A DNA stretch of 35,946 bases, taken from NCBI GenBank assembly GCA_937888935.1, contig CALARO010000166.1, positions 1 through 35,946 of the forward strand, given 5' to 3'. The DNA comes from an uncultured Clostridia bacterium (GTDB lineage: Bacteria > Bacillota > Clostridia > Christensenellales > Borkfalkiaceae). The position numbers and the translations under genes are program-made. Under the pieces are notes generated by a model, which ran no database searches, was not told the origin of the DNA, and was given only the letters and a program-made list of their open reading frames with translations. This document shows positions 26,201 to 33,684 of this stretch, in pieces; position 1 is the first letter of the stretch; each line of letters begins with the position of its first letter.

Positions 26201-27590
26201 CGGAAGCGCGGGCAGCAGCTCGGTATCCGTTCCCAAAGCGCAGGAAATCGGTATTTCGGCGTTCGAAGGCACGGGCGCGCAGAAGATTGTTCTGCCCGCT
26301 TCGCTGAAAAAACTCGGCTATGCGGCGTTCGCGTATGCGAAAAATCTCACCGCGTTCGAAACTTCCGGAAATTCCGTATACTTCGCGCAGGACGGCGTTC
26401 TCTATAAAAACGCCGAAGACGGAAACTACGAGCTTGCGGCATATCCCGCGGCGAAAGTGCTTGGTGCGGAAGAATACCGCGTGATCGACCGCACGATGCG
26501 GATCGAAGCGTATGCGTTCGCGGGCAAAAAGGATAGCAATTTCAAGAAAATCGTGTTGCCGTACAGCCTGAAAACGATCGGTAAATCGTGCTTCTATCAA
26601 AGCGGCATTATCGAATATACGTTCGAAAGCATCAATGCCCCGGCGCTTGAAACCGAGTATCGTTCGGATGTGGAACAGATTTTGCAAAATCACGTCAATT
26701 CCGAAAATCCCATGTCTGATCCGGCGATCAACAGCTACTACTACGCGAATTTCAATACGTTGTTCGTAAATTATATTGATATGGTAGGCGAAAAGAGCGA
26801 TCTCACGCTGAATTATCCCACGAACGGCGTCGGCTACGATAATTTCGTGTATTCGAGATATTTCGGCACGAAGAACACTACGGGCGTTTTAATCAACGAC
26901 GACACGAGAAAATTCCTTGAATTGGTTGACGGCTTCGTACCGGATAGCGAAATCGCGGAATGGGCGGCGAAAGCGAGCGCAGGCGATACGGCAACGTATG
27001 CCGCCGCGGTAAACGCATTTTCCGAGCAAGTAAAGGAAGCGCGGCGTATCTATTCGAACACCACCGATCCCGCTCAGCTTGCGTTTATTCCCGCCGAAAA
27101 AGCAGAAAAGCTTGCGGCTACGGAAAGCGCGCTGCGCCCCGTGAAGAAAGCTTACGGGATCAAGGTATCGTTCAGCCTTTGCCGCTACGAAGGCAATTAT
27201 AAATCGGTGTACAACGAAGGCGAAACGTTCGATATGGCAGGACTTGTGGTTTACGCCGTATACGACGATTATTCCGAAGAATTAATTCCTCAGAGCAAAT
27301 TGCGCCTTGTCACCACCGACGAGCTTACGCAGTATCATAAGTCGGTGGATATTATCTACACAGACGATTCCGGTATCGAGCATACGATCTACGTAGGCGT
27401 AACGGTAAACCCGGCGGGAACGACGGGCGGCGAAGATACGCCCGAAAAAACGCCGAAGAAGCATCGCGGGCTGATTATCGGCCTGAGCATTGCCGGCGGG
27501 GTGATCGTTTGCGGAGGCGCGGCGGCGGCAACGGTGATTTTGCTGAAGAAAAAAAATAAACGGAGAGATGAAACTGAGAATGACGGCTAA
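20256..27590 (+). CDS. Giant membrane-anchored cell-envelope subtilase: S8 peptidase with PA-domain insert, Fn3/Ig-like domains, Big_2-like domains, long BspA-type leucine-rich-repeat region, C-terminal TM anchor
   Basis: TTG start at 20256, 6 nt after AGGAGG (20244-20249). Signal peptide KSTLKRIFSLALIAAFSTSLAIG. Catalytic triad motifs: AIIDTG (Asp codon 20913-20915), HGTHVAG (His 21159-21161), GTSMASP (Ser 22233-22235). PA-like insert ...RIALVKRGDTSFKDKVDTAKSMGAAAIIVYNN. About 25 repeats of the type I...AF..C..L..I.LP (nt about 24375-26628). TM helix LIIGLSIAGGVIVCGGAAAATVILL followed by KKKNKRR. No LPXTG motif. Confidence 0.9.
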   Translation: MKSTLKRIFSLALIAAFSTSLAIGDRNFKASGDNGALFSDVTGEMDLTDIAVKNLNSSVLAGGKTYETRTVIVSLEGDTLVKQANGADVSSYASSKEGKRAQKALKKSQDAFLKKLSKSGISYSLENRYSAVENAVAIKVNTKYVADIKAMSGVSGVYVSETYAAPETVSETYSYEATASGEVHATINNTSVYPTGVYDSSSVLGMSGITSDNSVVAIIDTGLDYTHKAFQIYADKYPMNNARFDETYVADKLSEKDLIAEQRAATQGEKLAAKDLYISRKVPFAYDYADNDADVYPSYSNHGTHVAGIVAGYSPDGYTDKDGNKINEPFVGVAPEAQLVICKVFSDNIDDADVGGADTEDILAALEDCVMLGVDVINMSLGTSCGFSTVSDEADEEGMLLERVYSSVRNAGISLVCAGSNDYSAGYGGNFGTNLASNPDSGTVGSPSVYPAALSVASISGQRSPYMLANENSEAFSVYYEESSDQNNKYFDFAKLMLGDKQSETFEYVVVPGVGRVTDYASVRNLFKATDANGNKRIALVKRGDTSFKDKVDTAKSMGAAAIIVYNNVAGTIRMSLGDAEDPIPSASVSKTAGERLVQTATGRIGTLKIDKSLLAGPFMSDFSSWGVTPDLRLKPEITAHGGEITSAVPGGYGEMSGTSMASPNMAGVVSIIRSYLKTKDPAYIADTNALTQRVNQLIMSTATIVYDRDGLPYSPRKQGAGLGSLENAVKSNAYLSTNDTTIDLRPNVNLGDDPDKSGVYEFTFNVSNFGSSALEFTFKSTFMTETRDEFSVAEQAHLLGGSPEWNVLSGNATKSGDKLAIPAGGTAEIKVKLTLSAEEKKYIDDNFVNGMYVEGFISLLGEGEQCDLTLPFMGFYGDWAAAPMLDYNAYEIDASLADASVDDANKLKASVWATQPYTMYYNEQYSMPMGTFAYLQDENADRVYTVEEHNAISCFNDYYGEGNGNNYLTAWQFRGLYVGLLRGARTVKYTLRNVDTGEIIYKNTAYRIGKAYTGGGGSGRPAFVKFELNPLEYGLVSNGRYAMDFYFESDSAIGSENTNTASYSFTFTADYEAPVLQDVRVRYYDYKDGNKDKQQIYLDLDVYDNHYAQSALLCYYADGELKQVNDYVQPIYNSVKNGTNTVSIDITDIYAKYKDQLYVQLDDYALNHSVYALNLSANNSKNVPDSFELAPGENSLSLKIYETHKALLSYEGGANYSNFSWSSANRNVADVKNGEIVGLSEGSTKITVSNGKVYRTIDVTVSGEKARLSVPSLSFGTIRNKDDNLVTASGYVEVYPDQDITLTVQTDPWYYPEENIRLRWEAGNTAVCEVDQNGKLNFKKKGTSSVIATLLDESGNPTAYSATVTVRVLDPFVVSNYTLTHYRGKDKTVEIPTDKNIMYIGEDAFEDNSTMEEVILPKTVVNINQRAFNNCTALKRIYAVSKEKQEIADSDLNLVYTEAFIGCTSLETIDLSNVKVITLGRRAFYGCTSLKEIINMQAIGTAFDGAFEGCVSLTGIDLSGMHVAGQDVFKDCVALAAVQTDKYSAIGKGMFRNCTSLKSIVLKNSSIGDNSFENCSALTKVTIDGNGDDYVIGSEAFLNSGLSEITIVARVRKIGDRAFANTSISEITLPEGLTEIGENIFAGCTKLDTITLPASFSLKDVKLAGNLFNGRTVKFAASSQFKNDGGVLYSADGKILYAVLDGSVNSVTIPAGVEEIYDYAFESGNVGSITIPASVKRIGKGAFRNSKLSAISFAEGSQIAAIEDETFYGSRLLAIQLPSSVTSIGSYAFSETLLKNIELGESVKSIGSYAFQLCEWLASATIPASVEEIGNYAFRNCVALKNIEIPAVKRMGIGVFVSNAALKSAKFGAEAETTGTSTFVDCSELEEVTIGGKTSEIGASAFDTRVGYYGARNSALKKVTLGESVKSIGNAAFYGCSSLNEIDLSHVETIGAMAFYNCGALRTLELNEAISIGEGAFAVDNGSAGSSSVSVPKAQEIGISAFEGTGAQKIVLPASLKKLGYAAFAYAKNLTAFETSGNSVYFAQDGVLYKNAEDGNYELAAYPAAKVLGAEEYRVIDRTMRIEAYAFAGKKDSNFKKIVLPYSLKTIGKSCFYQSGIIEYTFESINAPALETEYRSDVEQILQNHVNSENPMSDPAINSYYYANFNTLFVNYIDMVGEKSDLTLNYPTNGVGYDNFVYSRYFGTKNTTGVLINDDTRKFLELVDGFVPDSEIAEWAAKASAGDTATYAAAVNAFSEQVKEARRIYSNTTDPAQLAFIPAEKAEKLAATESALRPVKKAYGIKVSFSLCRYEGNYKSVYNEGETFDMAGLVVYAVYDDYSEELIPQSKLRLVTTDELTQYHKSVDIIYTDDSGIEHTIYVGVTVNPAGTTGGEDTPEKTPKKHRGLIIGLSIAGGVIVCGGAAAATVILLKKKNKRRDETENDG

Positions 27591-28851
27591 ATGTAAAAAA
27601 TTCGTACTGCTCGTTCTGGCGGTGGTATTCGGGTTGTGCTTATTTGCCGCGTGCAGCTTCGAACCGTCGCTGGACGACGTGAAAAAACAGTACAATCTCG
27701 TGGCTTCCGTCACATATCACGCAAACGGCGGATATTTCGAAGGCGAGAAGGAATCGGTGAGCCTGTATTATCAGAACGGGCAGACGGCGATCAACATAGG
27801 AACAACGAAACTGCCCGAACGAAACATCACGCTTACGCGCGAGGGGTACACGATCGGCGGCTGGCGCACGGCGGCGAAAGACGAAAACGGCAACGTGATT
27901 TACGAGGACGAAGAAAAAGGAATCGTAAAGCTCGGCGACCCCGTGGATTTTTCGGCGGCGCTGAAAGACGGCGACGAGTGGGACGTGTACGCCTATTGGA
28001 TTCGCAATCAGATCGTACAGGTATTTCTCGCGCTTGACGCCGACGCGCCGGAAGGAAAAATCACGTATAAGCCGGAAAACGGCGAAGAAAAAACGTACCG
28101 CGCGGGCGATCAGATCACGAAATACGATTTCGACACGCAGGGCATGGTGAAAAAGCCGAGCTTGAATGTGATCACGGAAAAGAAAAACAAAAATCCGGCA
28201 GGCTTCACTTTCTACGAGTTTTACGCGGACGAAGCGTGTACGCAAACGGTAGAATGGCCGTTATCCCGCAACGACAGCGGCAAAAACGTGCAAATTTACG
28301 CGAAATTCATCACGGGCGAGTGGAATTTCATTTCCACCGTAAACGATTTGATTTCGATGCTGCAAAAGAACAGCGGCGGAAGTGCTGACGCGGAAAACTA
28401 TTATTTCAGAAACGATATTGATTGTACGCTTTCCCAGGCAATCGGTTTGCCCGAAAATCACGAATTTGCGGGCGAAATTCGCGGCAACGGTTATAAGATC
28501 AGCAATCTGAAGATCAGTCAGAATAATATAAGCGGCAGTTTCTCGCTATTCGGTAAATTGTCGGCGACGGCAAAAATATCAGATCTCACACTCGAAAACG
28601 TTTCCATGACGCTTGCTAACAGAACAAACGCTTCGATCCGCGCGTATCTGTTCTCTCATGAAATCGAGAGCGGCGCAAAGATAACGAACGTGAACATTAT
28701 CGGCGGCTTGCTTACAATGCGTTTCAACGGCGACGGCAGTTATCTTTTCAACGGCAAATTGCCCGCGGAAACAACGGAATGTCCGATTTACGCTTCGGCG
28801 GAAGAGCAGCCAGGCATCATCTGCGACGGCAATCAGATCTATAAATCATAA
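27580..28851 (+). CDS. Lipoprotein with two InlB-B-repeat (Listeria-Bacteroides repeat) units and a GLUG-like C-terminal region
   Basis: Lipobox LFAA|C. VTYHANGGYFEG....TREGYTIGGW....YAYW and a second, degenerate copy. C-terminal F.G.IRGNGYKISNLKI......FSLFGKL....ISDLTLENV pattern. The start is ambiguous (ATG 27568 or 27580); either one overlaps the protease stop at 27590. Confidence 0.75.
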   Translation: MTAKCKKFVLLVLAVVFGLCLFAACSFEPSLDDVKKQYNLVASVTYHANGGYFEGEKESVSLYYQNGQTAINIGTTKLPERNITLTREGYTIGGWRTAAKDENGNVIYEDEEKGIVKLGDPVDFSAALKDGDEWDVYAYWIRNQIVQVFLALDADAPEGKITYKPENGEEKTYRAGDQITKYDFDTQGMVKKPSLNVITEKKNKNPAGFTFYEFYADEACTQTVEWPLSRNDSGKNVQIYAKFITGEWNFISTVNDLISMLQKNSGGSADAENYYFRNDIDCTLSQAIGLPENHEFAGEIRGNGYKISNLKISQNNISGSFSLFGKLSATAKISDLTLENVSMTLANRTNASIRAYLFSHEIESGAKITNVNIIGGLLTMRFNGDGSYLFNGKLPAETTECPIYASAEEQPGIICDGNQIYKS

Positions 28852-28877
28852 AAAACTCACACACGGAGGTATCAGCA

Positions 28878-31418
28878 ATGAATAATTATTTAAAGAAAGC
28901 GGGGGCGATTTTTCTTGCCGCAGGATTAGCTGTTTCGGCAGCTTCTTGCAACAAGAAGAAAAATTATCAGAACGATCCCGAATCAAGACCTTTAAACGTT
29001 GCCATCAGCACGCTGGACGGCACGTTCAGTCCTTTCTTCTCCACCACGGTATCCGATGGTCAGGTGGTAGGCATGACGCAGATCAGCCTGATTTCCGCGG
29101 ACAACGACGGAAACGTCACCTGCGGCGAGAACGAGCCTACGGTTGCGCTCGATTATAAAATCACTTCTTACGACGCTGGCAACAACGTCACCACGAACGA
29201 CGTAGATCACACCACGTATGAATTTGTGATTAAAAAGGGCATAAAATTCAGCGACGGCGTAGATCTTACGATCGACGACGTGCTTTTCAATCTGTACGTA
29301 TATCTCGATCCTATGTACAGCGGCTCGTCCACGATTTATTCCACGAATATCCGCGGTCTGAAAGCGTACCGCGCGAACGATCCTTTAATCACCGACGATT
29401 CCGAAGCGACTTCCGATTCGAGATTTATCGCGGCGGCGCAGACTCGTATCAATAAAGTGCTTTCGTGGGCGACGGACGATAAAGACACCGTGGTAGAAAA
29501 ATCCGAAATCGAAGCGGACATCGCGAAAATTCACGCTCGTTTCAGAAAAGATCTCGAAAGCGACTGGAATTCCAACAAAGGCAACATCAAAGACTACGAA
29601 AAAGAATATACTTTCACCGAAGACTGGCAGTCGTTCTATCTTCTCGAAGGCCTTGTGCAGATTAAAACGAAGCAGAATGATAAAGGTAACTACGAGTACG
29701 AAAAAAACGCCGATGATAAATACGTTACCAATCTCGACGACGAGGACAACGTATATGCGGAAGATTTCACCGACGCGAAATTGCAGGCATACGCAAGCGC
29801 GCATAATTGCAGCAAAGAAGACGCAATGAAGGCGATCGCCATTCAGACTGTATACAATTCTTTCGTTCCCGAAGACGGCTCTGAAGCGTTGATTAAAAAC
29901 GGTTTGGTAACCATTCTCACGGGTATGTCTACCGGCTCGAACATTATGGACGAATTCAAGCTGGAAGAGCAGTCCAAATTCTTCGAAGGGCAAACGCAGA
30001 GCGTAGACGAAATCAGCGGTATCGAAACGTATCGTACTTCTTCGTTCGACGGCGTTAAAAAAGCGCAGCTCGACGGCGAACACGACGTATTGAAAATCAC
30101 AATCAACAAGATCGACCCGAAAGCCATCTGGAACTTCGCTTTCACCGTTGCGCCCATGCATTATTATTCCAACGAAGAAACGATCAATTCCACGAAATTC
30201 GGCGTAAAAGCGCGCAATAAAGACTTCTTTGACAACGTTCTCGGCAGTGAAGCGAAAAACGCGTTGCCCGTGGGCGCGGGCGTGTACAGAGCGTCCAACG
30301 AAAAGGGCGACGCAAGCAACAAGCCTTCCGAAGTGGACAGCACGAAATTCTGGAGCGCGAAACAGGTATACTTCCAGCGCAACGAATATTTCGAAACGGT
30401 GGGCAGCGGGTTAAACAACGCGAAAATCAAGTATTTCACCTATCAGGAAGTGGGCGAAAACAACATTCTCAACCATCTCAAAGCCGGCTCTATCGACTAC
30501 GGTAACCCCGGCGCAACGCGCGATAACAACAACGCGCTCAAAGATCAGGAACATCTCGGCTCGAAGCAGTCTAAGACGAACGGCTACGGTTATGTGGGCA
30601 TCAACCCCAAATTCGTGCCTGATATTCTTATCCGCCGCACGATCATGAAAGCGATGGACGTCGATTCGATCATCACCAACTATTATAACGGCGGCTTGGC
30701 AGAGCCGATCTACCGCCCGATGACGAAAGTTTCGTGGGCATATCCCACAGGTTGCACATCGTATTATCCATTCACGGCTGATTCGGGCGATTGGAACAAG
30801 ATCGAAGCGGAAATCAGAGACGCCGGTTACAGCAAAGGCAGCGACGGCGTGTACGCGAAAGACGGCAAACGTCTCGAATACAAATTCACGATTGCCGGCG
30901 AAACCACCGATCACCCCGCATATGCGATGTTCAATAAAGCGGCGAACATTCTCAATGAGCACGGCTTTAAAATCACCGTAGGCACAGACGTGGCGGCACT
31001 GAGAAAGCTTTCCACCGGTAACCTTGCCGTGTGGGCGGCGGCGTGGAGCAGCACGATCGACCCCGATATGTATCAGGTATATCATAAAGACAGTAAAGCC
31101 ACCAGCCGTAAAAACTGGGACTACGACGAAATTCTCAATCCTTCCAACGCGCAATTCTCTACGGAAAGAAGCATTGTGGAACAGCTGAGCGAGAAGATCG
31201 AAGAAGGGCGCGAAACGGACAATCAGGAAGATCGTAAGAGCATTTACAGCGAAGCGCTCGATCTCGTGATGGAACTTGCCGTGGAATTGCCCACGTATCA
31301 GAGAAACGATCTTGCCGTGTTCAATAAAAACGTCATCGACGTAAACACGCTCAATCAAGAACCCAACCTGAAATATTCCAGCCCGATCGACAGAATTTGG
31401 GAAGTGGATTATAACTAA
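28878..31418 (+). CDS. ABC transporter substrate-binding lipoprotein, family 5 (peptide/nickel, OppA/DppA-like), unusually long
   Basis: GGAGG RBS. Lipobox VSAAS|C. Family-5 motifs YEFVIKKGIKFSDGVDLTIDDVLFNL, GAGVYR, KAGSIDYG, YGYVGINP, RRTIMKAMDVDSII. 846 aa. Confidence 0.85.
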   Translation: MNNYLKKAGAIFLAAGLAVSAASCNKKKNYQNDPESRPLNVAISTLDGTFSPFFSTTVSDGQVVGMTQISLISADNDGNVTCGENEPTVALDYKITSYDAGNNVTTNDVDHTTYEFVIKKGIKFSDGVDLTIDDVLFNLYVYLDPMYSGSSTIYSTNIRGLKAYRANDPLITDDSEATSDSRFIAAAQTRINKVLSWATDDKDTVVEKSEIEADIAKIHARFRKDLESDWNSNKGNIKDYEKEYTFTEDWQSFYLLEGLVQIKTKQNDKGNYEYEKNADDKYVTNLDDEDNVYAEDFTDAKLQAYASAHNCSKEDAMKAIAIQTVYNSFVPEDGSEALIKNGLVTILTGMSTGSNIMDEFKLEEQSKFFEGQTQSVDEISGIETYRTSSFDGVKKAQLDGEHDVLKITINKIDPKAIWNFAFTVAPMHYYSNEETINSTKFGVKARNKDFFDNVLGSEAKNALPVGAGVYRASNEKGDASNKPSEVDSTKFWSAKQVYFQRNEYFETVGSGLNNAKIKYFTYQEVGENNILNHLKAGSIDYGNPGATRDNNNALKDQEHLGSKQSKTNGYGYVGINPKFVPDILIRRTIMKAMDVDSIITNYYNGGLAEPIYRPMTKVSWAYPTGCTSYYPFTADSGDWNKIEAEIRDAGYSKGSDGVYAKDGKRLEYKFTIAGETTDHPAYAMFNKAANILNEHGFKITVGTDVAALRKLSTGNLAVWAAAWSSTIDPDMYQVYHKDSKATSRKNWDYDEILNPSNAQFSTERSIVEQLSEKIEEGRETDNQEDRKSIYSEALDLVMELAVELPTYQRNDLAVFNKNVIDVNTLNQEPNLKYSSPIDRIWEVDYN

Positions 31419-31461
31419 TTAAAAACTTTTCTTACAAATACGCCTCAAAAAGGTAGACAAG

Positions 31462-32541
31462 ATGATCAAATATGTAGTAAACAGAATTTTATTGGCGATT
31501 TTGATGCTGTTCGGCGTGTCTGTAATTCTTTATTCGCTCGTGCGGGTGATGCCCGTCAATTATATCGAGCAGAAGTATTACAGCACGCATCAGAACGTAG
31601 AAGTCGATTCCGAAGAATTGAAGCAGCTGATGCTCGACTACAACGTGGAAGATCTCGCCGAAGTGAAAGCGCAGGGCAGATCCGAGCTTTGGGATAAGGT
31701 ATTCAGAAACGGCAAGCCGGCAACGGATAAAGATGGCAACGTGAAAACTTCTTCGCCTTTTATCGCCGCCACGAAAAGCGTGGTAGCGGGGTATTGGAGT
31801 TGGATGACGAAATTCATCCGGGGCGATTTCGGAAAATCGTTCAAATACAACCGACCTGTGGAAGACGTGATTTCACAGTACATGGGTACGTCGTTCGCCA
31901 TATCGCTTATCTCGCTTGTTCTCGAACTTCTGATAGCGATTCCGCTCGGCGTGAAGAGCGCGTGCAATCAATACGGCAAACTCGATTATATCACCACGGT
32001 GCTTACGATGATCGGTATTTCGTTTCCGTCTTTCTTCTTCGGCAGTCTTGTCATCAAGATTTTCGCCGTGGAACTCGGGTGGTTTCCCGTGGGCGGTATG
32101 GGATCTTCGGAAATCTTCGATCGAATGTGGCATCTCGTGCTGCCGATCGCGGTACTCACTATCTTATCCGTCGGCTCGATGATGCGCTATACGCGTACCA
32201 ACACGCTTGAAGTTTTAAATGCGGACTATATCCGCACGGCGCGCGCGAAAGGGTTAAGCGAGCATACGGTAATTTACAAGCACGTATTCAGAAACACGCT
32301 GATTCCGCTCGTCACCACGCTTGCGGGCATTATTCCCAGCCTTTTCGGCGGCGCGATGATCACGGAAACGATTTTCGATATTCAGGGAATCGGTAATATC
32401 GCCTATCAGGCAATGAGCGAAGGCGATATACCGTTTATCATGGCATACAATATGTTTATCGCCGCGCTTACCGTCATCGGTATTCTGCTCACCGACTTAA
32501 TGTACGCGGTAGTCGATCCCAGAGTCAAACTCGGGAAATAA
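31462..32541 (+). CDS. Peptide-type ABC transporter permease (OppB/DppB-like)
   Basis: N-terminal MIKYVVNRILLAILMLFGVSVILY. Permease EAA-loop region YIRTARAKGLSEHTVIYKHVFRNTLIPLVT. Six hydrophobic helices. Confidence 0.9.
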   Translation: MIKYVVNRILLAILMLFGVSVILYSLVRVMPVNYIEQKYYSTHQNVEVDSEELKQLMLDYNVEDLAEVKAQGRSELWDKVFRNGKPATDKDGNVKTSSPFIAATKSVVAGYWSWMTKFIRGDFGKSFKYNRPVEDVISQYMGTSFAISLISLVLELLIAIPLGVKSACNQYGKLDYITTVLTMIGISFPSFFFGSLVIKIFAVELGWFPVGGMGSSEIFDRMWHLVLPIAVLTILSVGSMMRYTRTNTLEVLNADYIRTARAKGLSEHTVIYKHVFRNTLIPLVTTLAGIIPSLFGGAMITETIFDIQGIGNIAYQAMSEGDIPFIMAYNMFIAALTVIGILLTDLMYAVVDPRVKLGK

Positions 32542-32557
32542 GCGGGAGGTTTCAACG

Positions 32558-33679
32558 ATGGATAAAGAAGAAAAAACGCTTCCCGAAGAAATCGCGGAAA
32601 TCGCGGACGGCGAAGGCGTAAAAACGGAAATCGGCGAAGGCGCGGAACTTGCGAAAGCGGAAAGCGCCGACGAGCTTCACGGCGAAAACTTAAACGACCG
32701 CGTGAAAGTGCTTTCGCCTGGGATGACCGTGTTAAAACGGTTTTTCCGCTCGAAACTTTCCATGATCGGACTGATCACTCTGATCGTGCTGTTTTTGTTT
32801 TCGTTTATCGGACCTTTGTTTTCGCCATACGACGACGAAACGGTGGATTCTACGCCGGGCAAAGCCAGCGTAACGATCACGAAAATCGCCTACGCTACGG
32901 AAGACGGCGATTCGGACGAAATCGCCTATCAGATCACCGTGGGGTATCCTTCCGAAAATATCAAAGCGGATATGAACGGCAAGCATTGGCTCGGCACAGA
33001 CGAGCTTGGCAGAGATATTCTCACCCGTTTGATGTACGGCGGCAGAATTTCGCTCACCATCAGCTTGATCGTGATCATCATGGAAACGGTGATCGGCGTG
33101 ATTTTGGGCGGCTTAGCCGGGTATTTCGGCGGCTGGGTGGATCAGCTGATCATGCGTATCGTGGATATTCTCTATTGTATTCCCACACTGCCGATCATGC
33201 TGATTTTATCGGCAATGTTCACCTCGCGCGGCATAGAAAGCATCGCAAGACTTTACTATATGATGGGTATTCTTACCCTGATGGGGTGGGCAGGCACGGC
33301 GCGTCTCGTACGCGGGCAGATCCTTTCCCTGCGCGAGCAGGAATTTATGCTTGCCGCGAAATGCACGGGACTTTCCACGCGCAGAAAGATTTTCAAGCAC
33401 CTGATCCCCAACGTGTTGCCGCAGCTCATCGTATCTATGACGCTCGGACTCGGCAGCATCATTTTAACGGAAGCCACGCTCGGATTTCTCGGCTTAGGCG
33501 CGCCTCTCGGCACGGCTACGTGGGGCAGTATGATCAACTACGCCACGAAATCGGAATATCTGAATAACTTCCCCAATTTCTGGATTCCCGCAGGTATCTG
33601 CATCACGCTTGCCATTCTGGCGTTCAACTTTGTGGGCGACGGCTTGCGCGACGCGTTCGATCCTAAATCGAAGAGGTGA
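32558..33679 (+). CDS. Peptide-type ABC transporter permease (OppC/DppC-like) with an acidic N-terminal extension
   Basis: GGGAGG RBS. HWLGTDELGRDILTRLMYGGRISL and EFMLAAKCTGLSTRRKIFKHLIPNVLPQLIV motifs. Confidence 0.9.
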   Translation: MDKEEKTLPEEIAEIADGEGVKTEIGEGAELAKAESADELHGENLNDRVKVLSPGMTVLKRFFRSKLSMIGLITLIVLFLFSFIGPLFSPYDDETVDSTPGKASVTITKIAYATEDGDSDEIAYQITVGYPSENIKADMNGKHWLGTDELGRDILTRLMYGGRISLTISLIVIIMETVIGVILGGLAGYFGGWVDQLIMRIVDILYCIPTLPIMLILSAMFTSRGIESIARLYYMMGILTLMGWAGTARLVRGQILSLREQEFMLAAKCTGLSTRRKIFKHLIPNVLPQLIVSMTLGLGSIILTEATLGFLGLGAPLGTATWGSMINYATKSEYLNNFPNFWIPAGICITLAILAFNFVGDGLRDAFDPKSKR

Positions 33680-33684
33680 GAAGA

